Shown here one piece after another: positions 11,435 through 22,448 of a stretch of 64,000 bases of DNA (within the stretch, counting starts at the first letter, position 1; the number at the start of each line of letters is the position of its first letter). Position numbers and translations under genes: made by a program. Under the pieces are notes generated by a model that was given only the letters and a program-made list of their open reading frames with translations, had not been told where the DNA came from and did no database searches. The DNA comes from Methanotrichaceae archaeon. Lineage in GTDB: Archaea > Halobacteriota > Methanosarcinia > Methanotrichales > Methanotrichaceae. The stretch is taken from positions 97,383-161,382 of the forward strand of contig CAWDLW010000018.1 of the NCBI GenBank assembly GCA_963803145.1, given 5' to 3'.

Positions 11435-12478
11435 TTACTGTTCCTGTTTGTAGTAGAGATAGTACCTCAGAGGATTGTCTGCAGATGTTTCATCCTGGTC
11501 GGCGGTTCTGATGTGGATGTCATCCATAAGCGTGATATCTTTGTCCTTGCTAAGGGTTATCGGATTGTCCTTGTTATCCATCACGATAGTCATCGTAGCC
11601 GGATCAACCGATCTGATGGACATCTTGTCATATTGCTGGCCCGTTGTGATTGATGTGGACGTATCGGATATCTGGAATACTCCATCGACAGTAGCGATAT
11701 TGCTGTTAGCGTTACCGAACACATTCTTGAAGTGGACTGCAATATTGACCATGCCTTTGGTGTTTCCGAGGTCTTTTTTGTAGTAGTATGTCTCATCGCC
11801 GATATTGGCATTTTCTATGGAAGGCTGAATGACCTTGGAATCAACGACTTGACTGTTCTTGCTCAGCTCGACGTAGACCTTATTGCTGTCAGCATCTATA
11901 TTCTTGATGGAGAGGTTATAGCCCTCCTCCAGCTCCAGAGGATTCGAAGAGTTGAATGTCTGCTCAGTATCGTCATCGATCAGGATCTCACTGATTTGTC
12001 CATTGGCCATTAGGTTTCTATTATCAGATTTATCATATAGGAATGGAACCGACCGGCCAGTAGCATTCATATCCTCAGTTGCATTGCTGTCATACGCGGC
12101 AAAGTAGTCTCCTCCTAGAAATCCAATCTCCTCATACTGACCCCACTGCCCAAAGCTAAAATCAACCGGCAGGGCCTCTGTAGTATAGACTGCGCCTCTG
12201 TTGCCGTTAACATCAGGTTGATCACTCAGCACAGCGCTTGCCCAATCTTGGCTAATATCGGACAGCCTGAAGGTAAGTGTCTCAGTTCCGATATCGTTAT
12301 CTATATCGTAGTAGAAGCCGGGAAATGTGTAGCTGTCCCATGTGACCTCGCTCTCGCTAAGATCATGAATGTCGCTCGGTATGTCCACCTCCTGAGCCCG
12401 AACTTCCCTGACCACTGCGAATAAAATAACTATTGCTAAGATACAAATTAGAGCTGTATTCTTCATTTCCAATCTCAT
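11435..12478 (-). CDS. S-layer domain protein (Methanosarcinales S-layer family, single domain)
   Basis: Signal peptide; TWDSYTFPGFYYDIDNDIGTETL and LELEEGYNLSIK..D..KVYVELSKN motifs. Confidence 0.88.
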   Translation of the reverse strand: MRLEMKNTALICILAIVILFAVVREVRAQEVDIPSDIHDLSESEVTWDSYTFPGFYYDIDNDIGTETLTFRLSDISQDWASAVLSDQPDVNGNRGAVYTTEALPVDFSFGQWGQYEEIGFLGGDYFAAYDSNATEDMNATGRSVPFLYDKSDNRNLMANGQISEILIDDDTEQTFNSSNPLELEEGYNLSIKNIDADSNKVYVELSKNSQVVDSKVIQPSIENANIGDETYYYKKDLGNTKGMVNIAVHFKNVFGNANSNIATVDGVFQISDTSTSITTGQQYDKMSIRSVDPATMTIVMDNKDNPITLSKDKDITLMDDIHIRTADQDETSADNPLRYYLYYKQEQ

Positions 12479-12733
12479 TATATAAGAATATCTTCAGTGT
12501 GATTGGTTATAAAACCATGGTACTACTTTTAATTCCGATTTCAATTGCTTATACAGACTATTCCTGGGCAGCGTATCGGTATGCATTTCTTTTTTATCAT
12601 CTCATCCAAATTAGCTTGCCAACTGCGTATAGATATATATCACTAATCAACCAATTGGTAATATACTAAGGTAGAAAATAAATAGTACCAGGTCTTTATA
12701 TTACAGGTACCTATTATACTTTAACGGATCATA

Positions 12734-15700
12734 GTGACTATAATACAAGAATCTCACGCAGTACTTGCAAGAGAAATTCCGTCTGTCTTGTATCAAGACA
12801 CTCAAGTTACGCCTGCAATGCTACAGCAGTTGTTCGAAAGAACTGCAGATGCAACGCCCGATCATATAGCAGTCGTCTGCGAAGGAAAAGAATACTCCTA
12901 TCGAGAGCTGGAGAGCTACGCAAATCGCATTGCTAACCATTTGCTCACAAGAGATGTCCAAGCTGGGGATCGTGTCGGCATATTACTTAAGCGTTCAATC
13001 GAGACCTACGCCGCAATTATCGCCGTGCTGAAGATCGGCGCAGCTTATGTTCCTCTGGACACAAGCTTTCCCATTGAACGCATTGCGTATATCGCTGATG
13101 ATGCTGAGTTTAGGGTTCTAATTTCAACCGAGTTGATATCAACCCGTAGTTCCGTGGTCAACTGTCCACAGGTACTGTTGGATATTGAAAGAACTGAAAT
13201 TGAGAAACAGCCGGATACCCGCCCTGAAATTCTATTGGATGATCCTGAAAGGGAGCTGGCTTACATCATTTACACCTCTGGCTCCACTGGCAGGCCAAAG
13301 GGCGTTGAAGTCGAACATCGAAGCGTTGTCAATTTGATCAATGTCGTCACCGATGTGTACGGCATTCGCCCTGAGGACCGCGTTTTTCAGGGAATCACCG
13401 TCGCCTTTGATTTTTCTATCGAAGAGATCTGGACGACATTTAACGCAGGTGCGACACTGGTGGCCGGCCCGGCAGACGGAGGCAGCCGTGTTGGAAATGA
13501 ACTCGCGCGTTTCCTCATAGAGCAGCGTGTGACTGTACTTGGCGCCGTGCCGACAATGCTCTCATCAATCGATCAGGATATCCCGAGCCTGCGGCTGATC
13601 GATGTCGGCGGCGAGCCGTGTCCTCCCTATCTGGTCGAACGCTGGGCACGCCCAGGTCTGAGATTCCTCAATACCTATGGCCCAACTGAGACCACGATCA
13701 CAGCTACCTGGGCAGAGCTTGAGCCAGGAAGGCCTGTGACAATTGGTCGACCTCTGCCGAGCTATAAGGCCATCATCGTCGACGATGAAGGAAGGCGAGT
13801 ACTCGATGGCGAGATCGGTGAGATCTATATCGGTGGAGTCGGCGTGGCGCGGGGCTACGTCAAACGGCCCGATCTGACTGCTGAACGTTTCATACCCGAT
13901 CCAGATGCCGAGCCGGGATCAGACGCCAGGCTCTATCGCACCGGCGACCTCGGCCGCTATACAAAGACTGGTGAGATCGAATACCATGGACGTGCTGATC
14001 TTCAGGTCAAGTTGCGTGGCTACAGGATTGAATTATCGGAAATAGAATCGGTGATCCTGAAATCGGCGGACGTTCAGGCCGCTGCAGTGTCAATAGTGAC
14101 TTTGCCTGATGGGATCGAGGAGCTCGTGGCCTACGTCACCCCTAGGCCTGGGCATAGCATAGATCCTTCACGGCTGCACGATCTCCTGCACAACTATCTT
14201 CCGCCCTATATGGTGCCAGCTTACATAGAGCTTATCGCTGCACTTCCGGTTCTTCCTAGCGGCAAGATCGATCGCAAAGCACTACCGAAGCCAGGTTTAA
14301 ACCGCCTCGGCTCCAACAAACCCTTTGTTGCGCCATCGGGAGAGATTGAGAATATAATATCGGAGATCTGGCGAAGTGTTCTGAAGCTGCCGCAGATCTC
14401 TTCGACTGACGATTTCTTCCGTGATCTTGGTGGCCACTCACTCTTTGCCGCCTTTGCTGTATCGAAGTTGCGAGAGCATTCTGCGTTCACCCATTTGAGC
14501 ATGGCCGACTTCTACTCCAACCCGACTGTGCAAAAGCTCGCACGTCTGGCTGACAGAGCTACAGCTCCCGGTGGAATAACAACTAACAATCAGCCAAAAA
14601 CAGCTTCGTTCAAGCCACACATATCATGGAAGCTCATAATCACCCAGCCCTTGGCTCTGTATACGATGTTTGGCTTGCCCGGCTTAATGCTAATCCTTTG
14701 GCTGTATCTATCGCAGAGACTTGTCGTGGGGAGCACTGGCCTACTGCACAATATGCTCATTGATGAAGTGCTCGTTGGGCTGCTTTTGTACTTGATTTAT
14801 ACTCCAGCCTCGATCATATTCGCAGTTGCGCTGAAACGCTTGCTGATTGGGCGGTTCAAGCCGGGACAGCACCCACTGTGGGGCGATGCTTATCTGCGCT
14901 GGTGGCTCGTAAATCTAGCCCAAGGCTTAGTGCCTCTGTTCCTATTCACTGGTACGCCGCTGATGATCTGGTATTGTCGTCTCATGGGCGCGAAAGTTGG
15001 CAAGGACTGCTATATCGGCACTAGCCTCATCTCGGGTCATGATCTGATCAGCATTGGTGATGGCACCAGCATAGGCAGTGGTTCGTACATGCTCGGCTAC
15101 TCCGTCGAGCGCGGGATTATTGAATTCGGTAGAATCGATATAGGACAGGACTGCTTCATCGGGGCAAACAGTCTGCTCGGAATCAATACAGTAATGAACG
15201 ATGGCTCTATGCTTCTCGAACAGTCTCAGCTCGCTCCTGGAAGTGTGCTGTCACCCCAGCACGCAGCAAACGGTTCGCCAGCACAGGCTTGGCCGGTCGA
15301 TCAGAAACCTCCGTTCTCGATGCCCGGGAAGTCGGACGAGCAGCACGAGATGGGGCTTGGGCTGATTGCTGGATTCATGGCTTCGAGCCTTCTATTCCTG
15401 CCGCTTGTACCACTCTTAGCTTCACTTCCAGGGATACTCCTCGTGTGGTGGCTAAATACAGTCTATGCGAACAGCGCCTTGACCTGGATCGTAGGCCTTG
15501 TTTTGGCTGGCGCACTCTTCGTCGTAGCTCTATGCATTCTAGTGGCTGCTTGCAAGCACATGATATTGCCGAACGTCCTGCCTGGAGAATATCCCTTACA
15601 ATCTACGTTCTTCCTGCGCAAATGGACAGTCGATAAGCTGATCGAACTCAGCCTGATGCTTAATAATGCGCAGTATGGGACGCTCTACATAGCTCACTTC

Positions 15701-16795
15701 CTGCGAATGCTCGGCGCCAAGATTGGCAATCGAGGTGAGATATCGACTGTTTCCAATATTACGCCAGAGCTGCTCACAATCAAAGATGAAGCATTTGTCG
15801 CTGATATGGCATCGATCGGTCCAGCTCGAGTATACCGAGGTAAGCTGATGGTCGCTCCAATTACAATCGGAGTTCGTACCTTCATCGGCAATGCTGCGCT
15901 AATACCTGTGGGCTCAAATGTTCCCGATGGCTGCCTTATAGGCGTTCAGTCAACTCCTCCTCAAGCTACGATTGACCCTGGCAGTTCCTGGCTGGGCCTG
16001 CCTCCAATGTACCTGCCACGCAGACAGGTCGTCAAGGACTACCACGAAGAGCAGACATTCAAGCCGCGTCTTAGCGCCTATGCACTGCGCTACGCATACG
16101 AATTCTTCCGTATCACGCTTCCGCCAGCCTTTGCATTTGGCATTCTATGGACCGTATTTCTGCTATCTCGTGCAGACCTCGCAACACGGGGGCTGGACTC
16201 ATCGCTGCCACTGCTGCCATTATTCTACATTGCACCTGCACTGGCAGCAACGTTCTCAGTCGCAGCGCTCAAGTGGCTGCTGATCGGGCACTATAGGCCA
16301 CGATTCGAGCCATTGTGGAGCCATTTTGTACGTCGCACCGAACTCATCACCGGACTGTACGAAAACGTCACTGCGCCACAGCTCCTCGGGTTCTTGCTGG
16401 GCACTCCGTTCGTCTGGCCGATGCTGCGCTTGTTCGGCGTAAAGCTTGGTAGAAGAGTGCTCCTCCTGACGACTTACATGAGCGAGTTCGATCTTGTTGA
16501 GATCGGGGATGACAGCGCAATTAGCTCCGGCGTCTCGCTGCAGACCCATCTGTTCGAAGATCGTGTGATGAAAATGTCGCATGTCCGCATAGGTCCCTCA
16601 TGCACCATCGGCGAGCGAAGCATAGTGCTCTATGACAGCGAGATGAAAGCAGGAGCACGCCTTGGCAACCTGTCGCTGCTGATGAAGGGTGAGACGCTCG
16701 CAGAAGGCAGTGACTGGGAGGGCTCTCCGGCACAACCGATGATCAGGATCGAGCCATTGTTGTCTCACGAGTTCATGCTTAAGAAAGCTGCATGA
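12734..16795 (+). CDS. Pls/PosA-family single-module NRPS-like enzyme (poly-amino-acid synthetase type)
   Basis: A domain (YTSGSTGRPKG, NTYGPTETT, YRTGDL, SGKIDRKAL), T domain (DFFRDLGGHSL), then TM helices alternating with three hexapeptide-repeat domains (LQTHLFEDRVMKM). No C or TE domain. Confidence 0.92.
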   Translation: MTIIQESHAVLAREIPSVLYQDTQVTPAMLQQLFERTADATPDHIAVVCEGKEYSYRELESYANRIANHLLTRDVQAGDRVGILLKRSIETYAAIIAVLKIGAAYVPLDTSFPIERIAYIADDAEFRVLISTELISTRSSVVNCPQVLLDIERTEIEKQPDTRPEILLDDPERELAYIIYTSGSTGRPKGVEVEHRSVVNLINVVTDVYGIRPEDRVFQGITVAFDFSIEEIWTTFNAGATLVAGPADGGSRVGNELARFLIEQRVTVLGAVPTMLSSIDQDIPSLRLIDVGGEPCPPYLVERWARPGLRFLNTYGPTETTITATWAELEPGRPVTIGRPLPSYKAIIVDDEGRRVLDGEIGEIYIGGVGVARGYVKRPDLTAERFIPDPDAEPGSDARLYRTGDLGRYTKTGEIEYHGRADLQVKLRGYRIELSEIESVILKSADVQAAAVSIVTLPDGIEELVAYVTPRPGHSIDPSRLHDLLHNYLPPYMVPAYIELIAALPVLPSGKIDRKALPKPGLNRLGSNKPFVAPSGEIENIISEIWRSVLKLPQISSTDDFFRDLGGHSLFAAFAVSKLREHSAFTHLSMADFYSNPTVQKLARLADRATAPGGITTNNQPKTASFKPHISWKLIITQPLALYTMFGLPGLMLILWLYLSQRLVVGSTGLLHNMLIDEVLVGLLLYLIYTPASIIFAVALKRLLIGRFKPGQHPLWGDAYLRWWLVNLAQGLVPLFLFTGTPLMIWYCRLMGAKVGKDCYIGTSLISGHDLISIGDGTSIGSGSYMLGYSVERGIIEFGRIDIGQDCFIGANSLLGINTVMNDGSMLLEQSQLAPGSVLSPQHAANGSPAQAWPVDQKPPFSMPGKSDEQHEMGLGLIAGFMASSLLFLPLVPLLASLPGILLVWWLNTVYANSALTWIVGLVLAGALFVVALCILVAACKHMILPNVLPGEYPLQSTFFLRKWTVDKLIELSLMLNNAQYGTLYIAHFLRMLGAKIGNRGEISTVSNITPELLTIKDEAFVADMASIGPARVYRGKLMVAPITIGVRTFIGNAALIPVGSNVPDGCLIGVQSTPPQATIDPGSSWLGLPPMYLPRRQVVKDYHEEQTFKPRLSAYALRYAYEFFRITLPPAFAFGILWTVFLLSRADLATRGLDSSLPLLPLFYIAPALAATFSVAALKWLLIGHYRPRFEPLWSHFVRRTELITGLYENVTAPQLLGFLLGTPFVWPMLRLFGVKLGRRVLLLTTYMSEFDLVEIGDDSAISSGVSLQTHLFEDRVMKMSHVRIGPSCTIGERSIVLYDSEMKAGARLGNLSLLMKGETLAEGSDWEGSPAQPMIRIEPLLSHEFMLKKAA

Positions 16796-17484
16796 TGTCC
16801 AAGACTTTAACTGAGCTATGGCGAACCTGCGGCGTTTCCCCGCCTGAATTCATGACCGATGTTGAGGTTGGACAGATCATAGTACATGTGCTGCGGCTAA
16901 ATCGTGGATCAATTCAAGCTGTTTGGCCCTTCCTTTCAAATGATGAGAAGGCCAGAGCTATCAGTTATGGCCGTGAACTCGACGGCTTACACTTTGCCGT
17001 CTCACGAGCCTTTTTGAGGAGCATCCTGGGACTACATACCGGCATTAATCCGAACAAACTTGTCTTTTGCTATGAACCTCATGGGCGTCCTTATCTACCA
17101 CAGTGGCAATCCAATGGCCTGGATTTCAACTTAGCACGCAGGTACAACTGCTGTGTGATCGGACTTGCACTAGATCATCGCATTGGGATAGATATCGAGT
17201 CTTGCTGCTCTGCAGCTCTTGTTGAATCGATGCTGACTATGCTACCAGCGGAAGATCGGGCTGTGATAGATTCAGCTCAAGGGCTTGACCGCAGCAGATG
17301 TTTGATCACCGCATGGACTAAACTTGAGGCCAGAGCGAAAGCAATTGGCATAGGGCTTGATAGCATGGACATATCTACCGATGCACTTCCGTGCCAGCAC
17401 TTTGCACTAGGTCATGAATGGATTGGCTGCGTTGCCTCTGAAGACCATAACTGGCAGATGAAGCTGATTCAATGGAATAAATAG
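16792..17484 (+). CDS. Sfp-type 4'-phosphopantetheinyl transferase
   Basis: GRPYL, FNL, IGIDIE and WTKLEARAKAIGIGL motifs; overlaps the NRPS stop. Confidence 0.88.
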   Translation: MMSKTLTELWRTCGVSPPEFMTDVEVGQIIVHVLRLNRGSIQAVWPFLSNDEKARAISYGRELDGLHFAVSRAFLRSILGLHTGINPNKLVFCYEPHGRPYLPQWQSNGLDFNLARRYNCCVIGLALDHRIGIDIESCCSAALVESMLTMLPAEDRAVIDSAQGLDRSRCLITAWTKLEARAKAIGIGLDSMDISTDALPCQHFALGHEWIGCVASEDHNWQMKLIQWNK

Positions 17485-17496
17485 GATATCCGATCA

Positions 17497-17970
17497 ATGA
17501 CTGCAAAAAATGACAACCTGAAGAGCGATAATGAGGACCGAACTATGGGAGACATTGATAGTATCAACATCCAGCGGGTAACCGATTGGGATCAAGAGCA
17601 GATAATTGAGCTTTGCCGGGCAGGCGGCTGGTGGAAAGATGATATGGACCCAAGCCTTATTCCCGATATGATCGGCGGAAGCTATCTATTCGCCGTGGCA
17701 GTCGATGTTACTACTGGCAAGTCTGTGGGAATGGGTCGGGTGATATCTGACGGAATCGCTGATGCATATATTCAGGATCTTGTTGTGCTTCCCAGGTGGA
17801 GAAATCGAGGGATTGGCAGTAGGATTGTATCTATGCTTCTCGATGGATGCAAATCCGGCGGCATTACATGGATAGGTCTGATTGCACAGCCGGGAACAGA
17901 TAGTTTCTACAGATCTCTGGGATTTGAGTCTTTGAAAGGCCATAAACCAATGCTGTTTCACGACGAATAG
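17497..17970 (+). CDS. GNAT family N-acetyltransferase
   Basis: VGMGRVISDG...YIQDLVVLPRWRNRGIG...FYRSLGF. Confidence 0.9.
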   Translation: MTAKNDNLKSDNEDRTMGDIDSINIQRVTDWDQEQIIELCRAGGWWKDDMDPSLIPDMIGGSYLFAVAVDVTTGKSVGMGRVISDGIADAYIQDLVVLPRWRNRGIGSRIVSMLLDGCKSGGITWIGLIAQPGTDSFYRSLGFESLKGHKPMLFHDE

Positions 17971-18049
17971 AAAATGCTATACTATTGCTTCACTGTTTTC
18001 GATAATTGTTAATTATCTGATAAATAAGAATTGGCTGCCAGGCGTAAGC

Positions 18050-18874
18050 CTAGCAGTCTATACCAGCACAGGGTGCTTGTTCATTTTCAGGAACTGGATT
18101 TTCATGGAACTTGATTGACTTTTCTGCCTCGAATTGTCCTGTGAACATTTCATGGGCTTTAATATCCTTGTAGAATATCTGGTGCCAAGTTGCGTCGGTG
18201 CCCCATGTACCATTGAAGGTGACCTTAGTATCCATTCCAACCAGGTGCGCCGGATTTGAAACAGTGCCGTCGCCGAAGTTGCTCATGAGCTGGCCTACTG
18301 CGTTCTGATCTCGCCCAGCAGACTTCAGTGCCTGCACAGTTTGCTCTGGTGTTGTGACATATGGATTTGTTACACCATTTGGATTATATGGCGTTGTTGA
18401 ACTGAAGTATGTGGTCTGATCCTTCTCCATTTGATTGACGGAGTACATCTCCTGAACCTGAGCGCCTATGCCTCCATAGAAGGCATCTGATTTCAGAGAC
18501 TTTCCGCCGGTCAGAGGAGTATCGCCTTGATAGGTGAGCTTCTCACTCTCAAAAAGGTTCAGAGCAGAGTTATTGCCGCCATTAACTGAAGATACATTCC
18601 TCTTAAGCTTATCGGCATCCTGCGAGTATGCATGTTCCTGGTCGAGTTCAATATCGCCATCGCCTGACATGGTGTTATCGTAATCCAGGGCGATTTTCTT
18701 ATCAACAATCGATGTGCTCACATCGACAACGCCGGTTCCTGAGACTTTCTGGCTATCACAGTACTGTTCGAACTGTGTCGGCGGTATAATTGGCGATGTG
18801 GCCACAACAACACCGCAACAAGCCAGAAATGCTAGGATGAGAATTAAAGCTACTGCTACTCCCTTCATTTTCAT
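18050..18874 (-). CDS. Hypothetical secreted protein
   Basis: 274 aa, signal peptide, Cys-containing C-terminus. Confidence 0.75.
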   Translation of the reverse strand: MKMKGVAVALILILAFLACCGVVVATSPIIPPTQFEQYCDSQKVSGTGVVDVSTSIVDKKIALDYDNTMSGDGDIELDQEHAYSQDADKLKRNVSSVNGGNNSALNLFESEKLTYQGDTPLTGGKSLKSDAFYGGIGAQVQEMYSVNQMEKDQTTYFSSTTPYNPNGVTNPYVTTPEQTVQALKSAGRDQNAVGQLMSNFGDGTVSNPAHLVGMDTKVTFNGTWGTDATWHQIFYKDIKAHEMFTGQFEAEKSIKFHENPVPENEQAPCAGIDC

Positions 18875-19302
18875 TACTCCCTATATGTTATTTACCCAGC
18901 TTGTATCTGCTGTTTACAAATATAAAGACGTGGTATTGTGAGGCCATTAGACTTGAAAATGATTAAAAATGAAGGGAGCAAAGGGGCAAAGCCGATGGGT
19001 GTAGAAGAGTTAGCCTAGGAGAAGAAATGAGTAGCCCCTCGCTTTTACCCCCTGATCGCCAATTGGTTTTTTAATATATATAGACGTGGTACGGGATCTC
19101 AAAGCTTGTATGGTAGAGGAGGATAGATTAACCTAACCTTAGAAGGGCATTACCCTTCTGCACGAGAAACGGTCGTGCCTGTGAGTTATTGAAAATCGCT
19201 AACGAATTTGAGATAAGAAGAGTCTATCAGCTTTTATCAGTTCAGCATATAGTCTTTAAGGATATAAGGAGTTGCGCAGTCCATAACGGACTGTGGACTG
19301 GT

Positions 19303-19554
19303 TCACTTTGCAGCAGCTTCTTTGATATCTTCTTTCATCTGCATGTACTGCTCTTTGGTCAGCTCGCCTCTCGCATATCTCTCAGCCAGAATATCCTCTG
19401 CGCTTTTGTTAACGGGCTTGTTAGGTACGAGGATTTTCTCGTTTTTAATGAGCCTATAGATGAGATAAGCTATTACAAGTATGGCGATCAGCCCAATTAT
19501 ATGCATCCCAAAACCCATAAAGGGATGCCAGATCATCATATGGTAGTATGGCAA
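19303..19554 (-). CDS. SHOCT domain membrane protein
   Basis: TM helix followed by SAEDILAERYARGELTKEQY. Confidence 0.85.
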   Translation of the reverse strand: MPYYHMMIWHPFMGFGMHIIGLIAILVIAYLIYRLIKNEKILVPNKPVNKSAEDILAERYARGELTKEQYMQMKEDIKEAAAK

Positions 19555-20242
19555 CTTTGCACACCTCTTAGACTGAAGATGGGTAACTGTTCATCGACTT
19601 TCGACGATATAGTATTAGACGTTCGACGATATAAAGATATGGTTTGCTGGCGAGAATTACGGCTAAAGTTAAGGCTAGAAGTGCATACCAGAGATCATAT
19701 CTGATCCCGAAATCCTATGTTCGTCCTTGAGCACATTTCAAGTTGCCAGGCCCCGTAAAGAATGGTTTCACGACTCGCGTTCTGCAGCCTTATGCTCATC
19801 TGGGAGTATGCTGCAAGCGGAGGTGCAGGCAAAGAGCAAACGCTGACTTCGAAATAGGATATCATGTTTATCGAAACAGTTTTAATGGATCGTGACCTTT
19901 TTAAAACACATGGCTATCGAGAAAGATATAAGAAATCTGTTCCTGCTAGTTCTTGCTATTATAATTGTAATCCTTATTTGGAAAGCTATTTGGTTCTTAG
20001 CTGGAATACTTGTGTTCGCAGTTATAGTCTACATTGTTTACCAACTACTCAAAGGAGCACTCTAGAAAGTCCATATCAGGGCTAGGAGGAAGTATGATCA
20101 AGATTTCCTCCTCATCATATCTTAAGCCATGAATTTTAAAGGAAAAGCAAAGTTTTAACGATACCGGGATCCGTATTCAAACCCAATTATCTATTACGTT
20201 ATCTTTATATAATACTTGCCCTTAAAATCTACTACAGAGAAG

Positions 20243-21025
20243 ATGGATGATTACCTTGCCGGTCTGACATTTGTGGCTACTCTGGTTGCCGCCTCCACCA
20301 TCATCCAGCTCAAAAACAGCCGCTACAGGCAACTTCAGATGGAGCATCAAAGGATTCTGATGAGATTGCAGGCAGCCCAGAATCGGCTCAAAGAAAGAGA
20401 AAATGATCTTGACAAGCTCCAAAGGAGCACTGCGAAACTCCTCAAGTGGAGAGACCGTGCTTATGGTCTTGAGGAAGAGCTGAAGGCAACAAAGAGCACT
20501 CAAGAGTATGCATCCGCAAAAAGGCTTGAATACCTCGAGGGTTTTATTGGATCTATTCCCCAAGAAAAGCCGGATGCCCTTTTCCTTATGACCTTCATGC
20601 CCAAAGGCAGACGCACATTCGAGGACAAACTTGATCAGATGCTCGAATCAGCAAAGTTCGAGATAATAATAGTATCCCCCTGGATCAAGAGACAGATGTG
20701 GGACAGGATCAGGGGGTCAATTGAGAGGTTTGTCCGCAAGGGAGGGTCTTTAAGGGTATTTATGAGGGGGGCCAAATCAGATTTCACCTTTGGTCTGAGC
20801 GATGACATCGGTGAGGAGATAGAACGCCTCGGTGGGGTGATCATCTTTATCAGTCAGCTCCATGCGAAGCTATATTTGGTCGATAGAAAAGAGGCGATAG
20901 TTGCATCCGCTAACCTCACTAAGGGCGGAATAGAAAGCAACTATGAAGCTGGCGTCTGGTTAAATGATCCAAAAATTGTAGAAGATATATGCGAGTTTAC
21001 AGATGATCTGTACAACTTGAGATAA
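20243..21025 (+). CDS. Phospholipase D/Nuc-like domain protein with N-terminal TM and coiled coil
   Basis: IIIVSPWI and LHAKLYLVD...SANLT...NYEAG (single HxKxxxxD motif). Confidence 0.85.
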   Translation: MDDYLAGLTFVATLVAASTIIQLKNSRYRQLQMEHQRILMRLQAAQNRLKERENDLDKLQRSTAKLLKWRDRAYGLEEELKATKSTQEYASAKRLEYLEGFIGSIPQEKPDALFLMTFMPKGRRTFEDKLDQMLESAKFEIIIVSPWIKRQMWDRIRGSIERFVRKGGSLRVFMRGAKSDFTFGLSDDIGEEIERLGGVIIFISQLHAKLYLVDRKEAIVASANLTKGGIESNYEAGVWLNDPKIVEDICEFTDDLYNLR

Positions 21026-21652
21026 TTGAGGGCCGAGGAGATCGTGCAGAAAGGTTCGCCAAATAAAGACGTACATCCTTCGATATGCAAAGACGCAGCT
21101 CCAGGGATTATATTTGAGGAAACTTACGAGCCTGCCGAAGATACAATGCTATTGCTCAAAGCTGCGCTAGATGAGGCCAAGCCGGAAGATAGGGCGATTG
21201 AGATCGGCTGTGGGCGTGGGCTCATATCGAGGGAGCTGTCCAAGAAAGTACGAAGCATTATTGCCACAGATATAAATCCTCATGCAGTTAGATTTGTAAG
21301 AAGCTATGGACTTGATGTCGTCAGGGCAGATATTTTTGGGGGCATTAAGGCTAAATTCGACCTAGTGATATTTAATCCACCCTACTTACCCACAAAAGAG
21401 GAAGAAAGGATCAGTGGATGGATCAACTATGCCTTAGACGGCGGGGAGAACGGCAGAGAGACAATAAATAGATTCATAGAGGATCTAAAAGATCATCTCG
21501 ACCCAAATGGCCGATGCTTGTTGCTGCTGTCAAGCCTAAGCGGTCAGGAAGAGGTGAAGGAAAAGGCACAAGTTGAGGGATTTAAAACCATTGAGGTCGC
21601 GAACGAAAGATGCTTTTTCGAACAACTTCATGTACTTAAATTAGAACGATAA
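21026..21652 (+). CDS. HemK2/MTQ2-family protein methyltransferase
   Basis: YEPAEDT, EIGCGRG, FNPPYLP and ALDGG motifs. Confidence 0.9.
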   Translation: MRAEEIVQKGSPNKDVHPSICKDAAPGIIFEETYEPAEDTMLLLKAALDEAKPEDRAIEIGCGRGLISRELSKKVRSIIATDINPHAVRFVRSYGLDVVRADIFGGIKAKFDLVIFNPPYLPTKEEERISGWINYALDGGENGRETINRFIEDLKDHLDPNGRCLLLLSSLSGQEEVKEKAQVEGFKTIEVANERCFFEQLHVLKLER

Positions 21653-22046
21653 ATAAGGATATGTCAGGTTAGCGAAATATATACAAAGAAGATAATAGAT
21701 CGCTAGCTTGAGAGCGCACTTAATCTAAATAATTATTTTTGACGTTGTGATAAGAAGAAATAACGATTAATCATCTGCAAAAACAAATATTAATGATATA
21801 ATTTTAGAATAAACTCACAGAGCAAGTGTATTTCTTTTGTGTAGAGGAACTGCTCCGAAACTTAACTGCAATTTTATAATTCAATGCGAATCGATAATCT
21901 CAGAATATGTATCTGAATTGACCGATAGATTATAAGTCGAACCTATTGCTGAGTTCGAGCAAAATTGTTCTAAAACAATAAACTTATATGTAAGGAGCTA
22001 CAAGCCGACTTTGGAGACTGTAATACTATCTATAGGTTGATTTACT

Positions 22047-22448
22047 TTGATGCTTAGGGTAGTGAGTTCAAGAGGCGAGATAGAAGAATTGAACAGGAAT
22101 GAGCAGATCATTCATCTAGCCTTTAGGGCATCCAATACAGATATCTTTAAATTACTTCAGAATTGTCCTAGGCTAAGGGTAATTCAGGTGCCAACATCTT
22201 ACCGCAGGACTCTATCAAGGGCAAGCGAGATGTTCATTGTAATGCAAGGCATAGAGCTGATAGAAGGGGATGTTTGGGGCCATAGGAAAGATATCAGCGA
22301 GTATTACATAATCGACGAGCGTATCTTCGATAGAATAAGTCAGCTTCGTGCCAACGGGACAGATACAAACGATATTGTATTCACAATATCAAAGGAGATG
22401 AAGATATCTCCTGAGCTAGTACGATATGTAATCAGGCAGAATTCTTAG
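22047..22448 (+). CDS. DUF1699 family protein
   Basis: RVVSSR...IHLAFRASNTDI...EGDVWGHRKDISEY, a Methanomicrobia family signature. Confidence 0.85.
   Translation: MMLRVVSSRGEIEELNRNEQIIHLAFRASNTDIFKLLQNCPRLRVIQVPTSYRRTLSRASEMFIVMQGIELIEGDVWGHRKDISEYYIIDERIFDRISQLRANGTDTNDIVFTISKEMKISPELVRYVIRQNS

Noticed and set aside
19700-19870. Hairpin-containing intergenic stretch (TGCAGC..GCTGCA)
   Set aside because: One modest hairpin, with no second copy or motif to support a call.
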